A stretch of DNA of 64,000 bases, from contig CM060734.1 of the NCBI GenBank assembly GCA_030704615.1, forward strand, positions 27,342,001 to 27,406,000, read 5' to 3'. This document shows positions 31,542 through 45,699 of the stretch, piece by piece. How positions within the stretch are numbered: the stretch's first letter is position 1; each line of letters opens with the position of its first letter. The position numbers and the translations under genes were made by a program. This DNA comes from Takakia lepidozioides (Eukaryota; Plantae; Bryophyta). The notes beneath the pieces were generated by a model. That model made no database searches. It was not told the origin of the DNA and worked only from the letters and a program-made list of their open reading frames with translations.

Positions 31542-33124
31542 GCATACACTACTAGGGTTTGTAATGAAGAGCTAGAATGCAAGTCCTTGAGTTCTATGCT
31601 TCTACTCAAGCAAAATATATCTCTAGGTAGTGATAAGAGACATCTTTTTGCTCTCTTTCACCCCAATGTACAACCAAGAGTGGTCCAACTCAACTTTGGC
31701 CACCAAATCAATCCCCCCTACTAGTCCTTGGGATTTGATTGCAAACTATCATATCTCCATTGCCGAACAATCATGCATTTGTCTCCTCATCACTTGACAA
31801 TTGCTCCAAATCAACACAAATTATCTCAATGTGTAAGAGCAATGCTTGTAACTTACAAAAATAAGGGCCCAAACAATCCGCCTTGGATCCCACTCTCACG
31901 TCATATGCCTCCTTTGGGAACTTGCACCAATCCATCATCCATGTGCTCCCCTTGGTCATTTGAATGTATATTCCATGACCTCTTGGCCTATGTGTTGCTC
32001 TCCTTCATTGTCACATGAATCAACACTTCTCCACTTCACATACAAATGGATCTCCAGGCCTTCACCTCTTGCTAATTCAAGAGCTCCCCTTCTCAAACTT
32101 GAACTTACAAACTCAAGAGAGCATGCTCCACACATGCACCACTTGCTTAGTCAACTATCCACCACAAAACTCACACTACCAAGAGCATGAATAACCAAGT
32201 ATTGCCTCCCCATCTTGTCACATTACATAGATAGGGTGAAGCTATGCATACATTGAATGATGATCTCCCTTCAAGGAATTCCTACCATATGTTCTCCAAG
32301 CCCTTCCAATGGCGCCCTAAGCTTGGCTCCACACCACCATGATTGGAAGATTTCTTCACATGCTCCCTTTCAAAACCTCTTGAGCTTCTTAGTGCTCTCC
32401 AAGTGCTTGCCCTTGTTGTCTTCAAGCCCAAGCCTATGTAGCTCCACAAGCCATGACACACACCATTGACTTCATAATGCATACAAAGGATTCTCAAACC
32501 CTAGAATCCATGCTTCCACACACACAAGACTTCCTCCTTGCAATCCTTGCAAAATCTTGTGACTCAAAAGCTTTCTTCTCAAGCTCTCCAACTCCTTGGT
32601 GCATGCAACACCCGAGCATCCTTCCTTGCAACCCCTTGCAAGCCTTGTGATACAAAAACTAAATTCTCCTAGCTCTCAACCTTTTTAACATATAAGTGCA
32701 AAACTAATCCTTACACTCTCACTCACAAATATAAGGTGAAGTAGTGATAAGAAATGAGAAATGAGAGGAATGGAAGACAATGAAAACTCTCAAAGCATGA
32801 AGCAATCACACTAAGAACAAACCCTAGTCTTTCCAAATGAAATCCACTCTATCACATAAACTAAGTCAAGCCAATGACACCTTTGCTAAAGAAATCCACC
32901 CTACAAAGCCCTCAACACACTCTCTCTCAATACCTAGAACTATGGAGGTGAGAGAGGCTCATGGAGGCTCAACTACAAGAAGATGAGCCCTCCTCAACCC
33001 TCACAAGGGGAAAACCCATCCACATATCCAAAGTGAGGCTTGACACCTCACTTGGCATATGAGACCAAATGAAGTCCCAACACACAAAATACAAATGTAA
33101 ATATCCAAAATGTCCTAGTTAACT

Positions 33125-33360
33125 AGAACGCTCAAATACCACCTGAAGGTGTCTCATGCTCGTCCACTGTAGCACTAAGGATGATGATGTCATCTATGTA
33201 GCACTGAGCAAACTTCACCCATGCTAGAATCCTGTCCATGAATCTCTGGAACTCTGCATGAGCATTCTTCAGCCCGAATGATCTAAGAATCGCCACTGAT
33301 ATAGACAATTCTTCTCGTGCTCATTGATCCCCCAGAATGTCGTCTTCTGCTTGTCCGCCA
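33125..33360 (-). mobile_element. Reverse transcriptase fragment of the same gypsy family
   Basis: Minus strand reads DKQKTTFWGINEH...CLYQWR...FGLKNAHAEFQRFMDRILAWVKFAQCYIDDIII, closely similar to 52285-52500. Confidence 0.85.
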
Positions 33361-36300
33361 AGGGGCTAGCCTAACCTTCCCAAAGGTTAGCTATGGTCCT
33401 CCATGGCTTAACCAAGCTAGGGAGGTCATATTAGATCACATTTTTTACCTGTAAATTAGTTATGCATGAAAAACAAATGGCAAGTATAGTGGGCTTAGTA
33501 CACTCTAGCTACACTCACTTGCTTCAAATTAAATGAAATAAAACACAAAAAGAAGGTTTCCCACCAAGCTTCATGCAAGCATCTATCCAAATGTTAGTGG
33601 GTTAGCTTCCCTCGCATGCTTAGTTAGCTTCACACATGAAAATAAGGCCTAGTGGCCAACAAAAAAAGAACCCACACCCCCACTTAGAGATCCCATTGCA
33701 TGGTTAGCACTCTAGGGTTAGATCTTTCCATTCTTAAGACAAAAACAAAACATCAAACAAAAAAAGACAACTCCTTAGGTCTCTTGGCTACTAAGGAGGG
33801 TTAGTCTCCCTCTTTCCCAAGCTCCCACTATTTCTTTGTTAGTAGGACCAAGCTAGGGTTAGTTCAAAGGTCTCCAACCACAATGGACAAACCAAAAACA
33901 CAAAATGCAAACAAAAATGGACAAAAAGCTAAGAACTTTCTCTCCACTCAAAGTTGCTTCACTTGGCTAAGTGGGCTATCAAAACTTAGATGGAAGGGGT
34001 AGTGCTCACCTCTCCTATGGGGTTTGTTGTTCCTACCTCCTCTTCATACTCCAAGTACTCACCACACTCTCAAATGACACACACACTTTGCTTTTTGGGG
34101 AAGTTTCATAGCACCAACTAGTTGCTTTCTCCAAGCTTGCCTAAAACAACTAGGCTACGCTCTAAGCCAACAAGCAAACTAGGACTTCACAAAAGCTAGT
34201 TGCATAAGGCAAAACAAGTTTATCAAGCTAGCTCTCTAAGCAACTAACTAACAAGCAACTAACAAGCAAAAAAACAGGAGTGAAGTGGTGAGCAAGCTCA
34301 CCTCCTAAGCTACTTCTACTAAAAAAACTATAAAGAAAGAATGGATGACATCCAAAATCATTGGATGGAAAGGCTATCAGCCACTTTTTGATTGGCAGGT
34401 GGCAAATTTCATCCAACCAGCTGGTTGGGGGCGGTGCTAGATATTTGTGGCCCAAAAATCCCTTTCAAATGAATTTTCTGTGGCCACAAGCGCCGAAAAT
34501 CTCTAAAATAGTGAATTATTGATAACTTCATCCAAAAATCTTGAAACTTGGCCAAAAATTCCCTTGTGGTATGCTTGAAATACCCACCAAACTTCAGGTT
34601 CATGTGGTTGCACCATCAACCTCAAAAATCAACAATCGCAAATTGCACGTAGAAACGCCGCTTTCAACGCGTAGCATATTTTTTGTGTTGTGAACAGATC
34701 AACGCTTGGGGCTGAAATTCCTTCCAAATCCTCTTGTATCACTTTCAACCACACATTAAAAAGCCTTCCCCAAACAACGCTCGATTCCGGCTTCGTCCTG
34801 TTCGCTGAAGGTACTTAACACAGCAAAATCCAAGTCGGCCGCTACCGCTGGATAAAACCTCCTTAGGATTTTTTGTAGGAGACCAAGACTCCTTGGAAGC
34901 TCCTTGAATTGAATTCATACTAAAAAGTGGAAAGTCCCTTCCGGGAAAAAGAGATCACTGCCGGCAGTTTGCTGCTTGCCGCACTGCAGTGTCTGTTTGC
35001 ATGAATGAACTAAAACACAGGGGAACCCACGCTTGATCCCTGTCATTGACATATCCGAGCACGAAAATAAAATTGTATCATGAGCATGTGTGCTCCACGC
35101 CTCCAACATCTTCATGAACTGCATTGGAGTTACGTGAAAATTTGTACCTGTACATTGCGAGACTGTTGTCAACCGTGTCGTTTAAAGCACGGCCTCATCA
35201 GGCGTTTTCTTCTGAAGCCAAGCACTCCTTGTTTGCCTCTTCTTTGAATAGTGATCGAACATTGAGGTGAGGAACAGGCAGACCGTTGTCTGTGATCATT
35301 TAATCGGTCCCTAGATGTTCGAACGGATGACTGGAATCGCACGCCTTCAACTGCTGCTCCTTGCAGGTACCCTAGTCGTATAAACTCCTGAGCGCTTTGT
35401 CTCCATGGACGTCGCACACTCTTCCATTTGTGGGCCATATCAGTAGCTGTGTCGATGTTTCGCCGTTTCTGATACAAATGGTCCTAGTTCTTCACTGTCT
35501 GTGTACAATTCGGCTCTCCTGGCTCAAAAACACTCAAAAAACAATCCGCGCGTATTTTAATGCACCTACAAATACCGTCATTGAGAATATAACAGAGAAG
35601 AGGATTGTGTGAATAATCATGAAAGTCTTGAAGTGTGAAGATTTCGCGAGTGAGATACCACTTCATACAAAGAATGAGACCCGTGATTGCAAAGCATAAA
35701 CAGTGGGTGGGTGTGGTAGGCTGGGTGATGATCTGGAGAGCAATCTAACAAGCAGACTGTTAGCATACTGCGGCAACATATTGACAAATAAATAGCATTG
35801 TGACACTTAGCCAGTGAGCCAGTAATAAAGAGAAGAAGAGAAGGCCAGCCCTTCTGGCTGGGGTGGGTTGCATCCAGTTGAATGGTGGTGATAGCAGTTT
35901 GTTGTAGGGTGATTGGGGTCGTAGAGCAAGTTACTATTATAACTGAGAAAAGCTGCCCTTGGAGGAGGTTGAGGTCTGCCCATCCAGATTGAGCTATGGC
36001 CATTGTTGACGAGCAATCGGTTGGTAGAAGGATTGAGCTGAGTACATCCAGATCTGACAAGTTCTTGTCACTGAAGAGGTATAAGAGCAAGAACTGGGGA
36101 GCCGTCAAGGTAGCCTCGCACCAATACCAACAGACAGTGCACAAGGCAGTCCACGGCTGCACTAGTAGCCAGCAGCAAAGGGGGGGGGGGGGCGTTATCG
36201 TCGAGGAACCCACTGTAGTATTGCCAATGGCAATCCTGGGCGATGTGAACTTCGGTTGAGGATATTCCAAAATCGCTGGGCTGCACATGTTGAGCATACA

Positions 36301-36689
36301 AGAAATCAAAACGTTCAGGCTGAGCTTGAGTCATACTGTGGGCCGTCTTGGGGAAGAGGGGAGTCATAGAGTAGGCCCACTTCAGCTGCAGCTTGTTGAT
36401 AGAGTCGCTGGAGAGGCTGTATGCATGGCCGTGTCATCATACATCGTTTGACTAGCATTGAACATGACGTTTGGAAGCATTTCGCAATGGCGGGGTCCAT
36501 GCTTGGGGCAGTAAGACTGTTGATCAGCCGCAAAGCCGTGCTGCATCGTGTTTGACCAGCTGGGTGTGTGGGGATCCACATAGCAGTAGGCTATATTCAG
36601 AGCGGGGTACACTTCCACACTTTACTTCCACACTTTACATACATGTCATTGCCCTTTTCTGGGATTCCTAGGCTGCCACAAACATTGAG

Positions 36690-37095
36690 GATGCCATAAT
36701 CAGGGGCCATCATAGCGTATGGCCTGAACAAAGCCTTCAGCTTATCAGGAAGCTCTGATTGCCCTGCATAACCAGGATTCATGGTGATGTAGACTGAGCA
36801 AGAGGAATCCAGAGATATCTCGGTGTCCTCAAATATGAGACACTTCAACTTCTGCTGCATGGCTAGCTGTATGGTCTGAATCTGCTGAACAGTCACTGAC
36901 AAGACGTCCAGATCAATGCGATTAAATTCATCAAGACAGGCCCATGCTCCACTGCTCGCTAGTCGCTTGAAAAACTTGCCCATTGCTAGGTAGTCCAGCC
37001 CATCGGAACAATTGAGCAGAACACATTGCTTTGCCGTTGCCTTAGCTAAATCCTTGGTCATCTCAGTCTTCCCTGTACCGGCAGGCCCAGCACAA
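36690..37095 (-). pseudogene. Fragment of an axonemal dynein heavy chain (AAA1 P-loop region)
   Basis: [69 protein letters not shown]; only about 135 aa, within the 486-aa ORF 36597-38057. Confidence 0.9.
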
Positions 37096-37499
37096 ATCAG
37101 CAGCCCTGGTATTTGCCTGTTGCACGTATGAGGAAGAAGCACCTGGCTGAGAGAGAGTGCTTCGGCATAGTTATCTCCATGATTACTGGTGGCAAGTGAG
37201 TGCCAAGGAATTTTGCCAATAGAGCTGCCCACTTGCAAAGCAACATCAAGCTTGGCAGAGCCTGCAATCATCTCTGTAGATGTTAATATAAACCATTCAG
37301 GCATTTGAACAAACGTCTGGCGAGCATCCTTCGAACTCCCGCATCTGCAGCATTTGTTGCTGGGGGGAATTCTCCAACGGGTGTCTGGCCCGGGATTAAA
37401 TTGGACGGAGCTCTCTTGAAGCCAACTGCCCGCCATTAGACCATTCGGGCTGCCGTGTGCCTTTAGGTTGAGAGTACAAACAATGGCGACACTGCCGGT

Positions 37500-37990
37500 C
37501 ACAGGGCCGGCCTCCCTGATGTTGTCGTATTTGTAAAGAAGCTGCTTTTGAACACTATTGGGGGTATCCTGGTTGTGAAGAGACCTGTGTAAGGAGGTAG
37601 GGTTGAATGGCCTAGAGTGGTTGTAAGACCAAATACTGGGGGTGCCGCCTTCCTTGGTGCTACGCTGCTTGAGAGAGATAGCCTTACGAATGTGGAGGCA
37701 GGTTTTGTTGTCACAATCGTCACCCATATTGTTGTCCATTGCACTAGCAGGGCATGCTACCATGCAAATCTGTCCAGACGTATTGGCCCAGGAGTCATCA
37801 CCAGCGGTGTACTCGTAATCTGCGAGTGGCTCTATCTGTAACGACACCTTGGTAGGGTTGAGGTGTGGGTTGTCATCAGGGGCTGCAAAGTTGAGAGTGT
37901 GGCCTTGAATGGTCATGTTGGTGAGAGACTGTCGATACGAATCCTTCAGTAGCACCAGAACTTGTGTGTGATCAAACAAGAAGAGGGAAG
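37500..37990 (-). pseudogene. Fragment resembling plant DUF2921 proteins
   Basis: [10 protein letters not shown]...[19 protein letters not shown]...[10 protein letters not shown] recalls the DUF2921 pattern SGQLCMVGC...ICLY...FSIKQRS. Recognised by eye only. Confidence 0.5.
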
Positions 37991-38559
37991 GTGTGGAATT
38001 GTTGCACTTGTAAGATCGGTAGCGCGGCTGGTGCAGAAATAACCTGGGGGCATGCATGGAGCAAGATGCAGCGAGTCCTGGTTAGAAATCATGTTGGGTA
38101 ATGATACACTGGACAGTAGACACACAAACTCTACGAAAGTATCGATAAGACAGTCACAAACGTTGGCTACACCACCTTGCGCGCGCCTCGACTCTACCAC
38201 GTGTTAGTGGAGCACCTCGACCGCTATGCTAAGTATCGAACTGTGGTCTATTACTGCATCCCTGCACTCAACTCGTCAGTTCTCTTGTTTGGCCACCAGA
38301 TTCCTTACAACCCCACCCTTCTTGGATATGAGGATAGATGGCCGCCGTCTTTGCACTATGGCTTCACCTGGGTCACGTACTTGGGGGCTTTCTCATTGAA
38401 CGACCCCCACAAGGTTCTGCGACCAGATCACACCCCTAGGAGGTTAGCTATTTCATGAGCATGAGCGGCATGAGCGGAGTTAGTAAGACAATCCGCAGAA
38501 GTACAAATTTTGGAAATAAAAAACATTAAAACCCATTATTTTAATGGAATGTGTCAGAA

Positions 38560-41500
38560 CAAAACTAATATAATATTCATTGTTTGAAGCTGAAATTGTA
38601 GTTTTGGGAGCCGTGCTCATGATATTTCATCTTCCGCTCATGGAAATTTTGAGCGACATCTGCAAAAATGGCGCCGAATTTCGCGGTAATAGGTTCCACA
38701 ACCGAAGAAAACTGCGACGTATTTCGCAGTAATAGGTGCCTCCGGCGAAAAATAGTGCTGAATTTTGCGGCTATAGGTCCCAACATGGCAGGTGTGTTAG
38801 CCCAAAATTTGGAAATGTGGCGCCGAATTTCGATAGATGGTGCCGGGGATTGCACAGATGTTGGGCAATTCTGGGCCATGTAACTGGAAATTCGGCGCCA
38901 TTTTTCCAGAAATGGCCCCCACAACTGCTACTGCTGGAACTCAGTTTTCTGGAAGATCTGCAAATTTTTCCTGCCACCATCTTATTATGGATTTTGTTTC
39001 GACATTGAATTGTCACTGGACGTCAACGGTTATCCAGAAGTCCATAGTGTTTAAAAGAGATTACTTTAATATTGTCTGTCTCATTCCTGGAGTTTTGGGG
39101 TGCATTTCATTACATTGCAAAACAAAGTCTAATGCATAAAAATGCAATTGCAAATATCCATGTGGTGGATTCCCTTTGCCCCATTAATGATTTATGGAAT
39201 CCCGGCGGAGGAGTTTGTGCAGCTCGTTTACGCTCAAGGCTGGTGCATGAACAAAGTCATCAATAGTCAAGTTCATCCTCAACCCCTTCAGGTAAATGTA
39301 ATACAGATGCTTACTTTGTCCATTTCTTTGCTTCCATCAACGAGAAGTCCGTACAATTGCAGGTCGGCTTCGCTCCGATTGTAATTGTGTATACGTCGTC
39401 GCGTACAGCTGAGCCGGCCGTTGCCATCCGATAAACACGCCCAAGGCCGGGTGCGGGTACGTCCACGGAGCTCTGAATAGTGCAAGCCATCCCAAGAGCA
39501 TTGACAATCCGAGTCTCATTCAACTTGTTGAGAGGGTGTCGTCTCTTCACTCTTCCGAATCACGTTGTGGGATGTGCATAATTGTCCAATCCGTCTACTG
39601 GACCGAGCAATCTGCAATGGCTAGGTATGAGGAACTGGAAATGGGTGGGCCGGGACGTCTGTGCGTTGCACCATTCGAAATCCTGCTGCAGAAAGAGCAT
39701 CCGCCTCATTCTGAGAGAGGTTTGAACCCGGTGCAACAGGCCAGACGTCCGGAGGCTTCGGCATTCCCTGAATCTCGTACTTGGGCTTGCCAAATACACA
39801 AGTCATTATGTCGTGCCTACAGAACCAAAACGTCTGTGTTGTGGCGTGACAAAATCTGGGAGTCAAAAATCTGCTGCTAAAACAAGGTACAGGTACAACA
39901 CCGTGTGGGTTCCTCCAAATCATCTCACCACAACGTGCTCTCGTATCCACCTGGATGGCGCATCACTTCCCTCGAAATGCCGGCAGTGTCCTTGCAATTC
40001 TCCACTGTGACTCCGACACTCTTGTCTCCACAATGGATATGTTGTATTGCGTTACTACAGATGGCTCGTTATGTTCCTCGGGCACGTGTCCTGTGCTAAA
40101 AGGAGATGGCGATCTTGAACGTGCAGGACTTGCGGTGCTCGACAAGACCTCCTCGGGCAACATAACGGGATCACGAGGGAGCGTGCGAATATTCTTGTCA
40201 GCTCGCCATGAATCCTCTTCTCCGCCAGGTGCCTCGTTAAGTCTTCGTCTCACTGGACGGGTGTGAACATCTCCTTCCAAGTGTTGGCCTCTTCGAAGCA
40301 ATGGCGTGTCTCGAAGGCCCTCTCGCAAGGCTACCGCCCACTTCTGAGGATTCTTTAATCTGGAGGCAGTCCGCATCAGCATTTCCTGCCTGTCCGGCCC
40401 CAAGCCCCACTGTTTCCCTTTCAAGAACTCGTTGTACCTGCATTGCTGTATAATTGACCTCACAATGTTATCCGTTGTGGCAGTGAGGATGTCCACCAGA
40501 TGCGCCGCAGAGGAGACACGCCAGGAAGAATGTACTGATTCGGCCATGTTTGTTGTCGGCATGTCGGTGTTGGAGTCCAGACACATTTCCTACACATGCA
40601 CATACTGAGGTTACAAGCAAGTTACAAATAATGACTAGCATAATATTCAACGGGACGCGAATTCGTCCAGCTCACCTCCCGCATATAGTCGCCGAACTGG
40701 AGGAAACGATAATGCCACCATGCTAGCCAACTGACCATTGCTCCCTCATCTGATTTCTTTACAGCACCTGACGTTGTCCACCAAGCCCGTATACATGCAA
40801 ACCGTGTCTCTGCATCATCCAAAGTGGGAGCACACTTCCACGCAAGACACATGGAACAGTGCTCCTCTCTGAAATCTAGCGCCACGAGCCTGGTTGTGTA
40901 CTGCGACAAGCTCTGCAGAAAATGGAACCCACAAGATCTCTCCTTGTCTTCCATCGGAACATTGGGGTCTTCCCCGTACACCCTTCGGATGGTAGCCCAA
41001 GGCGAGGGCAATCTCGCCCTGGCCATCTGTTCGTTTATTCCCTGCCAAAGAAGCATCTCCGATTGTGTGTCCTCCCCTTTCATCTCACAAATAGCAATTG
41101 TCATTAGCATCCTGCAGTGGGTGTCATAGACATGTGCACCCATTGTCACCCACTGGTGATTTGTAATTCGCTTGATATGGTCGAACATGACCCAACTGTT
41201 TGACAAGTCCCCACTTGTCATTCGGTGGACCATTCCACGCCGCTGCCAGGCCCACACGTGGACATTTTGAATACGAAACAATGATCTGCCTCAGTCCCTT
41301 GTCCTGGAAACCTACTTCCATGAATGTAGTCATATCCACATCGTCGCTTCACCTCCAGAATGGAGTGCATATCCGAGCCTCGCCCAATTCTCTGTTTGCA
41401 GGAGACAATGTGGTTTTGGACATTCGGTGAACAGACGTGGGACACTGACTCTAGCAATGCCTCCATTTCCTTCTCATTGAGAGGAACTCTGTCGGAGCTA

Positions 41501-43500
41501 TCTTTCGACATAATTCTGGCCAATGCCATCTTATGGGCGGCCTGCAGCTGTATCTGTTTAGGGTATATGAGCTGTCCGATGGTGGAACTCGCCATTCCCT
41601 GCCGTTGTCAAAATCATCGTGGAGCACAACAATACTTTTGACTACAACTCCATTTGAATCCTTCCTTTCCTCCTCCAAAAATACCGACCCCGGTTTCAGG
41701 TGATATCGAACGCAGAGATATTTCTCCATCACCCGGCAGATCTCCCCTCTGCACGGAAATGTAGCTCTATGCTCGTGAGGAGGGTAGTACACTATAGCAC
41801 TCGAGTTTTCTGCCATGGGAGATGTGCACACAAGACTGCCAGGACGACGTTCGGGCAAGCGCCCTGGGAGAAGGGGGGATGCAGCGAGGGAAAGGAATGC
41901 AAGGCCAATCTTTCCGAGCGACGAAGCCTATTCACGAATCCGGGGAGCCCACTCTCCCAAAAATCCACTGTGAGAGTGTTAATGAACCTTGTCTCCGGAA
42001 TGCGGCCCCTGGCTTTTGCGCAATAACTGCCAACGGTATGCAGTCAGAAGGTTGCAGACCTGTGCAGGTGCACTGCACAAACCAATAATTACGGCGTCTG
42101 ACAAGAAGCGTGGGGGGGCGAGCGTGCAAGCACCTTCCCCATGGACAGAGGGAATTGATAGAGGTGGCATTCCAGTGGGTCTGATTGCAAGACTGAGTGC
42201 CAGACCCTCGCAGCCAAAAGTCAACATTCAACAAAATGCAACATTGCACAAAAAGTAGAACTTTGGTTCAAAGGAGACATTTTTATTAATAATGAACTGT
42301 GACAAGTATGCATGCCCTCACAGGCCGAGGGAAGCCAAAAGTATGCATGCCATCCATGCTTAGGTAAGTTGGGAATTTGCTCCCGTGTTGCACTGTTCTC
42401 ACCAAGAAGCTAGAACCTCGATTGGCCTCTCAACAAGCTCATGACTGACAGGGTGTCGGTAGGTGAAGACAATGGATGCAGCCCGCTCTCCTTTGGTGTA
42501 GTGGACAACGGTGTCATGTCCTCCGATATATGCACCATCGTAAATCGAGATCTTTGTTGTGGAGACTCTATGTCCATAGGACTCATCCTCGTAGCTTATG
42601 AGAATGTCCCCATACACTGTTTGCGATGGAATCCTCTCTGGCATGTACGTACACCCGATGCAATCCTCGTAGGCCCACTGGCAGCACCTCCAATGATACA
42701 GGAAGGCCGTGCGGCTTTTGGGGATGTTCCATGCAGGCGGATACTGCAGATCAACGATTTGGAGCACCAAAGCCGCACAAGCCCGTCCCCGCGAGCCTGG
42801 TCGTGGAAGCCAGGAAGATACTCAAGAGCGGACAGGTGGACCCTCCTCTGCTGAGAGTGGTCTATCCAATCCTGCAGGAATATGAAAATATCCCCTGACT
42901 TGGGCGAGAAGCGGGGTGAGATGCTTGTTTGGGCAGTTGCTGGGATCCCGGCACGCCATTGCCGACTATTGAAAGGGCTGTCAGGAAGTAGAGAGGGTGC
43001 GCAGGGAAGTGGGAGTGTGGGAGGAGAGGAAGTGAGAGGAGCTCGGAGCGAGGAAGTGCTGTTGCTGTCTCGGTTTGAAACGCGTGGGTGACGAGACAAG
43101 TGGCAAAGAAAAGCGCAGCATTTAATATGCCCGTACCTGGGAATGAGGCGCAACATTTACTCGACACGAGGCTCCATAAAACCGCTCATCCCGCGAAAGA
43201 CCTACACGGTAGGAGATGGCGCCAACATGCTCATCGAAGCCCATCCCAGGATGAAAAAACGGCGCCGAATTTCCATCCGAGGGGGCTGGGTTGAAGTCGT
43301 CTCAGGGGGAGAGGCCAACATGTTGTTGCCAGAGTTAATCCCCCGGATGGAAAAATGGCACCAAATTTCCATCCGAGGGGGCTTTGGATGAAGTCGTCTG
43401 GGGTGGAGAGACCGACACGTGGCTGCCAGAGATCATCCCCCGGATGGAAAAATGGCGCCGAATTTCCATCCGAGGGGGCTTGGATGAGTCGTCTCGGGCG
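38560..43500 (-). mobile_element. Mutator-like element (MULE): degenerate spliced transposase with SWIM finger and subterminal repeats
   Basis: Minus-strand CGFHFLQSL, PTTNMAESVHSSW and YTITIGAKPTCNCTDF (SWIM) across 39300-42060, with frameshifts. The GGAAATTCGGCGCC motif is repeated at both flanks (38660-38905 and 43240-43497). Ends are approximate. Confidence 0.75.
43240..43497 (-). repeat. About 96-bp GC-rich tandem repeat (about 2.7 units), inverse of the 58.25-58.88 kb array
   Basis: GGATGGAAAAATGGCGCCGAATTTCCATCCGAGGGGGCTTGGATG units. Confidence 0.9.
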
Positions 43501-43765
43501 GAGAAGTGGGTTCCTTTTGTCGGAGATATTTGGGTAAAGGTGGGGTGTGTACGTATTTAAGCTGGTTGGGTTCAATTGTGGCTAGTAAATTGACCATGTA
43601 GGGAGGCGTAAAAGATGGTGAGAAGCATCTGGTGCATTTTGTTGGGTGAGTATAAGTATTGTGGACGCGTGGGGGGATGAGTGGGCGGCAAGCCTTGCCC
43701 ATTGGAGGGCTTCATGGGTTAGGGGACCCGGAGGAGGGTGGGCAATACCGCATCCTCCCCAGGAG

Positions 43766-43989
43766 TATCTTCACGAGAGCGGCAGTCGCGCAGCTCATCT
43801 CTCTCGAGTTGAGCCTGCGCGACCGAGCTCCTGCATCGTTTAGGACTGAGTGTGCTCATGATGGGAGTGTAGGTTGTTGTGGGGTGGAGTCCCCACAGCT
43901 TGGGGTGCCTCTGGCTTGACTATTATCTTAAAGAGGGATAGCGATGGATTTCATATTTCTTGTGTTGGGAGTGTGTGTCCTTTTAGCTT
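43766..43989 (+). repeat. Partial 5' LTR of the gypsy element
   Basis: 224 bp matching 55223-55446 with 5 mismatches by my count. Confidence 0.85.
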
Positions 43990-44074
43990 TTCTTTGCACT
44001 CGAGAGAGATCAGCTGTATCTAGTTTTCTTGTAGTGCTAAGCTAGATAGAGTTCTTTTATGTTAGCACTATGTC

Positions 44075-44160
44075 GATGGTCGAGGTGAAGAGAGCGGCAT
44101 GCTTGATGACAACGTGGTTCTCCAACTCGTCATAAGCCATACCAAGCTCGTCCAAGAAGC
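44075..44160 (-). pseudogene. THI1: Fragment of thiamine thiazole synthase
   Basis: [28 protein letters not shown] matches the conserved THI1/THI4 segment; only about 28 codons. Confidence 0.8.
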
Positions 44161-45699
44161 GTTTTCCATTTTGTTGTTGTTGCACAGGAGCGATGTATTT
44201 TGGAGGAAGTTGATTCGGGGGGCAGCAGAAGAATGTGTTCACCATAACCTATGATTGAAAGGGGAAGACGGGATTCCACGCTTGCAAGCTACCTGCGGAA
44301 GCAAGCTGCAATCTAGTTCGAGTGCGAGGTTCTGAGGACAGACCTCGATCGCAATGATCTTGTCGAAAGGCTGTGCAGGGTAAAGGATCCATAGCTACTT
44401 GGACGAAGGTCCTGAAACAACTGTCGTATAGCAGCTGGTAGGGTTTCTCTCGTTGCCAGTTGTAGGAGGGTGGTAAGCACGAGCTCCAGAAATAGCTCCC
44501 CGCTTGAGCCGGAATTCCACCAGAAGAAAACGGGTTGAAAGACTGAGCTGCATGCCATCCGTGCAGCGGGGGAGTACGGTGGCAGACACCTTGGCTTGGT
44601 GGGCAGATCACAATCGTATGTTCGAAGCGCAAACAGGCAGTAGCGTTGAAGGCCAAGCTCCCGTTCACAGTGTCCGTCATGGCTGCAGGGAAAAACATCC
44701 GGAAAGCTCCTACACAGGGTTCTAAGAAGGGTTGTATGAGCAATTGATATAGAAAGGGGGACCTGCAGGCTGAGGGTGAACAGATTTCCCCAGTAACTGC
44801 ACTTGTCGCCTCTGATGAAAAACCCAATGGCTTGGACCTTGCTGCTGCTGATGTGGTGCATGTTGGAAGAGGTGCCTGCCGTCAATTTGTGAAGGAGTTT
44901 TTCTTGCTGCGCTTCCTTTGCGCGAGCTGCAGATTGACATCAAGAAGGGGCTGCTTGGCAAGGTCCCATTGCACCAGCGGCTGCAGATTGAGTTCCACTT
45001 TACTGAGGCAATCGCAAATTCCTGCAGTTTGGTTTTGTTTGGTTTTGTGAAGACACAAAATGCCGACTCCAGCTGGAACGGGCAGTATCGGCCAGCCAAG
45101 GTGGAATGATTCGTTGTTGAAAAAGCTGAGTGATCACACTTTGGAATCACTCAGCCAACATGGGTGATGGGCCCTGCCCTTCCTGAGCAATTGGCCCCTC
45201 ATAAGCATAAGCTGAGGTGGGTAACTCCAGATCACTCCTCATGGACCAGACTTGGTGACTGTCACTGGATGAAGGAGTCCAGAATCCTTCAGAAGTCAAG
45301 CTTGCTGATGGTTTGGAAGCGACACATTTCGTCCTTGCAGATCTCAGAGGGAGAGGCAAGAAGGCGGTTTGTCAGAGCTGGTGCTGAATTGAGCTGCAAT
45401 TGCCGGGACTAACCAGAACCAAAGGCTTCACAAGCAACGCATGCGCCATGGATTCCCGAGAGATGCCGAAGCTATCGATGCACAACAACAGCAGGGCAGA
45501 AACACGAGCAGTAACAGGAAGGCGGAAACCATTCTAAGCCAACAATAATTGCTGGCGAGAGATGCGAATTAGACCAAGTTGATGGAACTTCAAGCTGGTC
45601 TTGGCCTTGGATTCCATGCAAAGACGGCCACATTACAGCAGGCCGCCTGTCCATAAGCCATGAAGGTGCTGCGTGGTGCATCTGCTCTTGAAATCGCCC

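Noticed and set aside
31560-34900. Strand-biased C/A-rich region, probably a decayed retroelement or LTR
   Set aside because: Apart from the RT snippet at 33125-33360 I could not support any domain or boundary.
36597-38057. Real dynein heavy chain gene
   Set aside because: Only about 135 aa of a protein that normally exceeds 4000 aa, with substitutions at conserved sites and no other dynein exons in the window.
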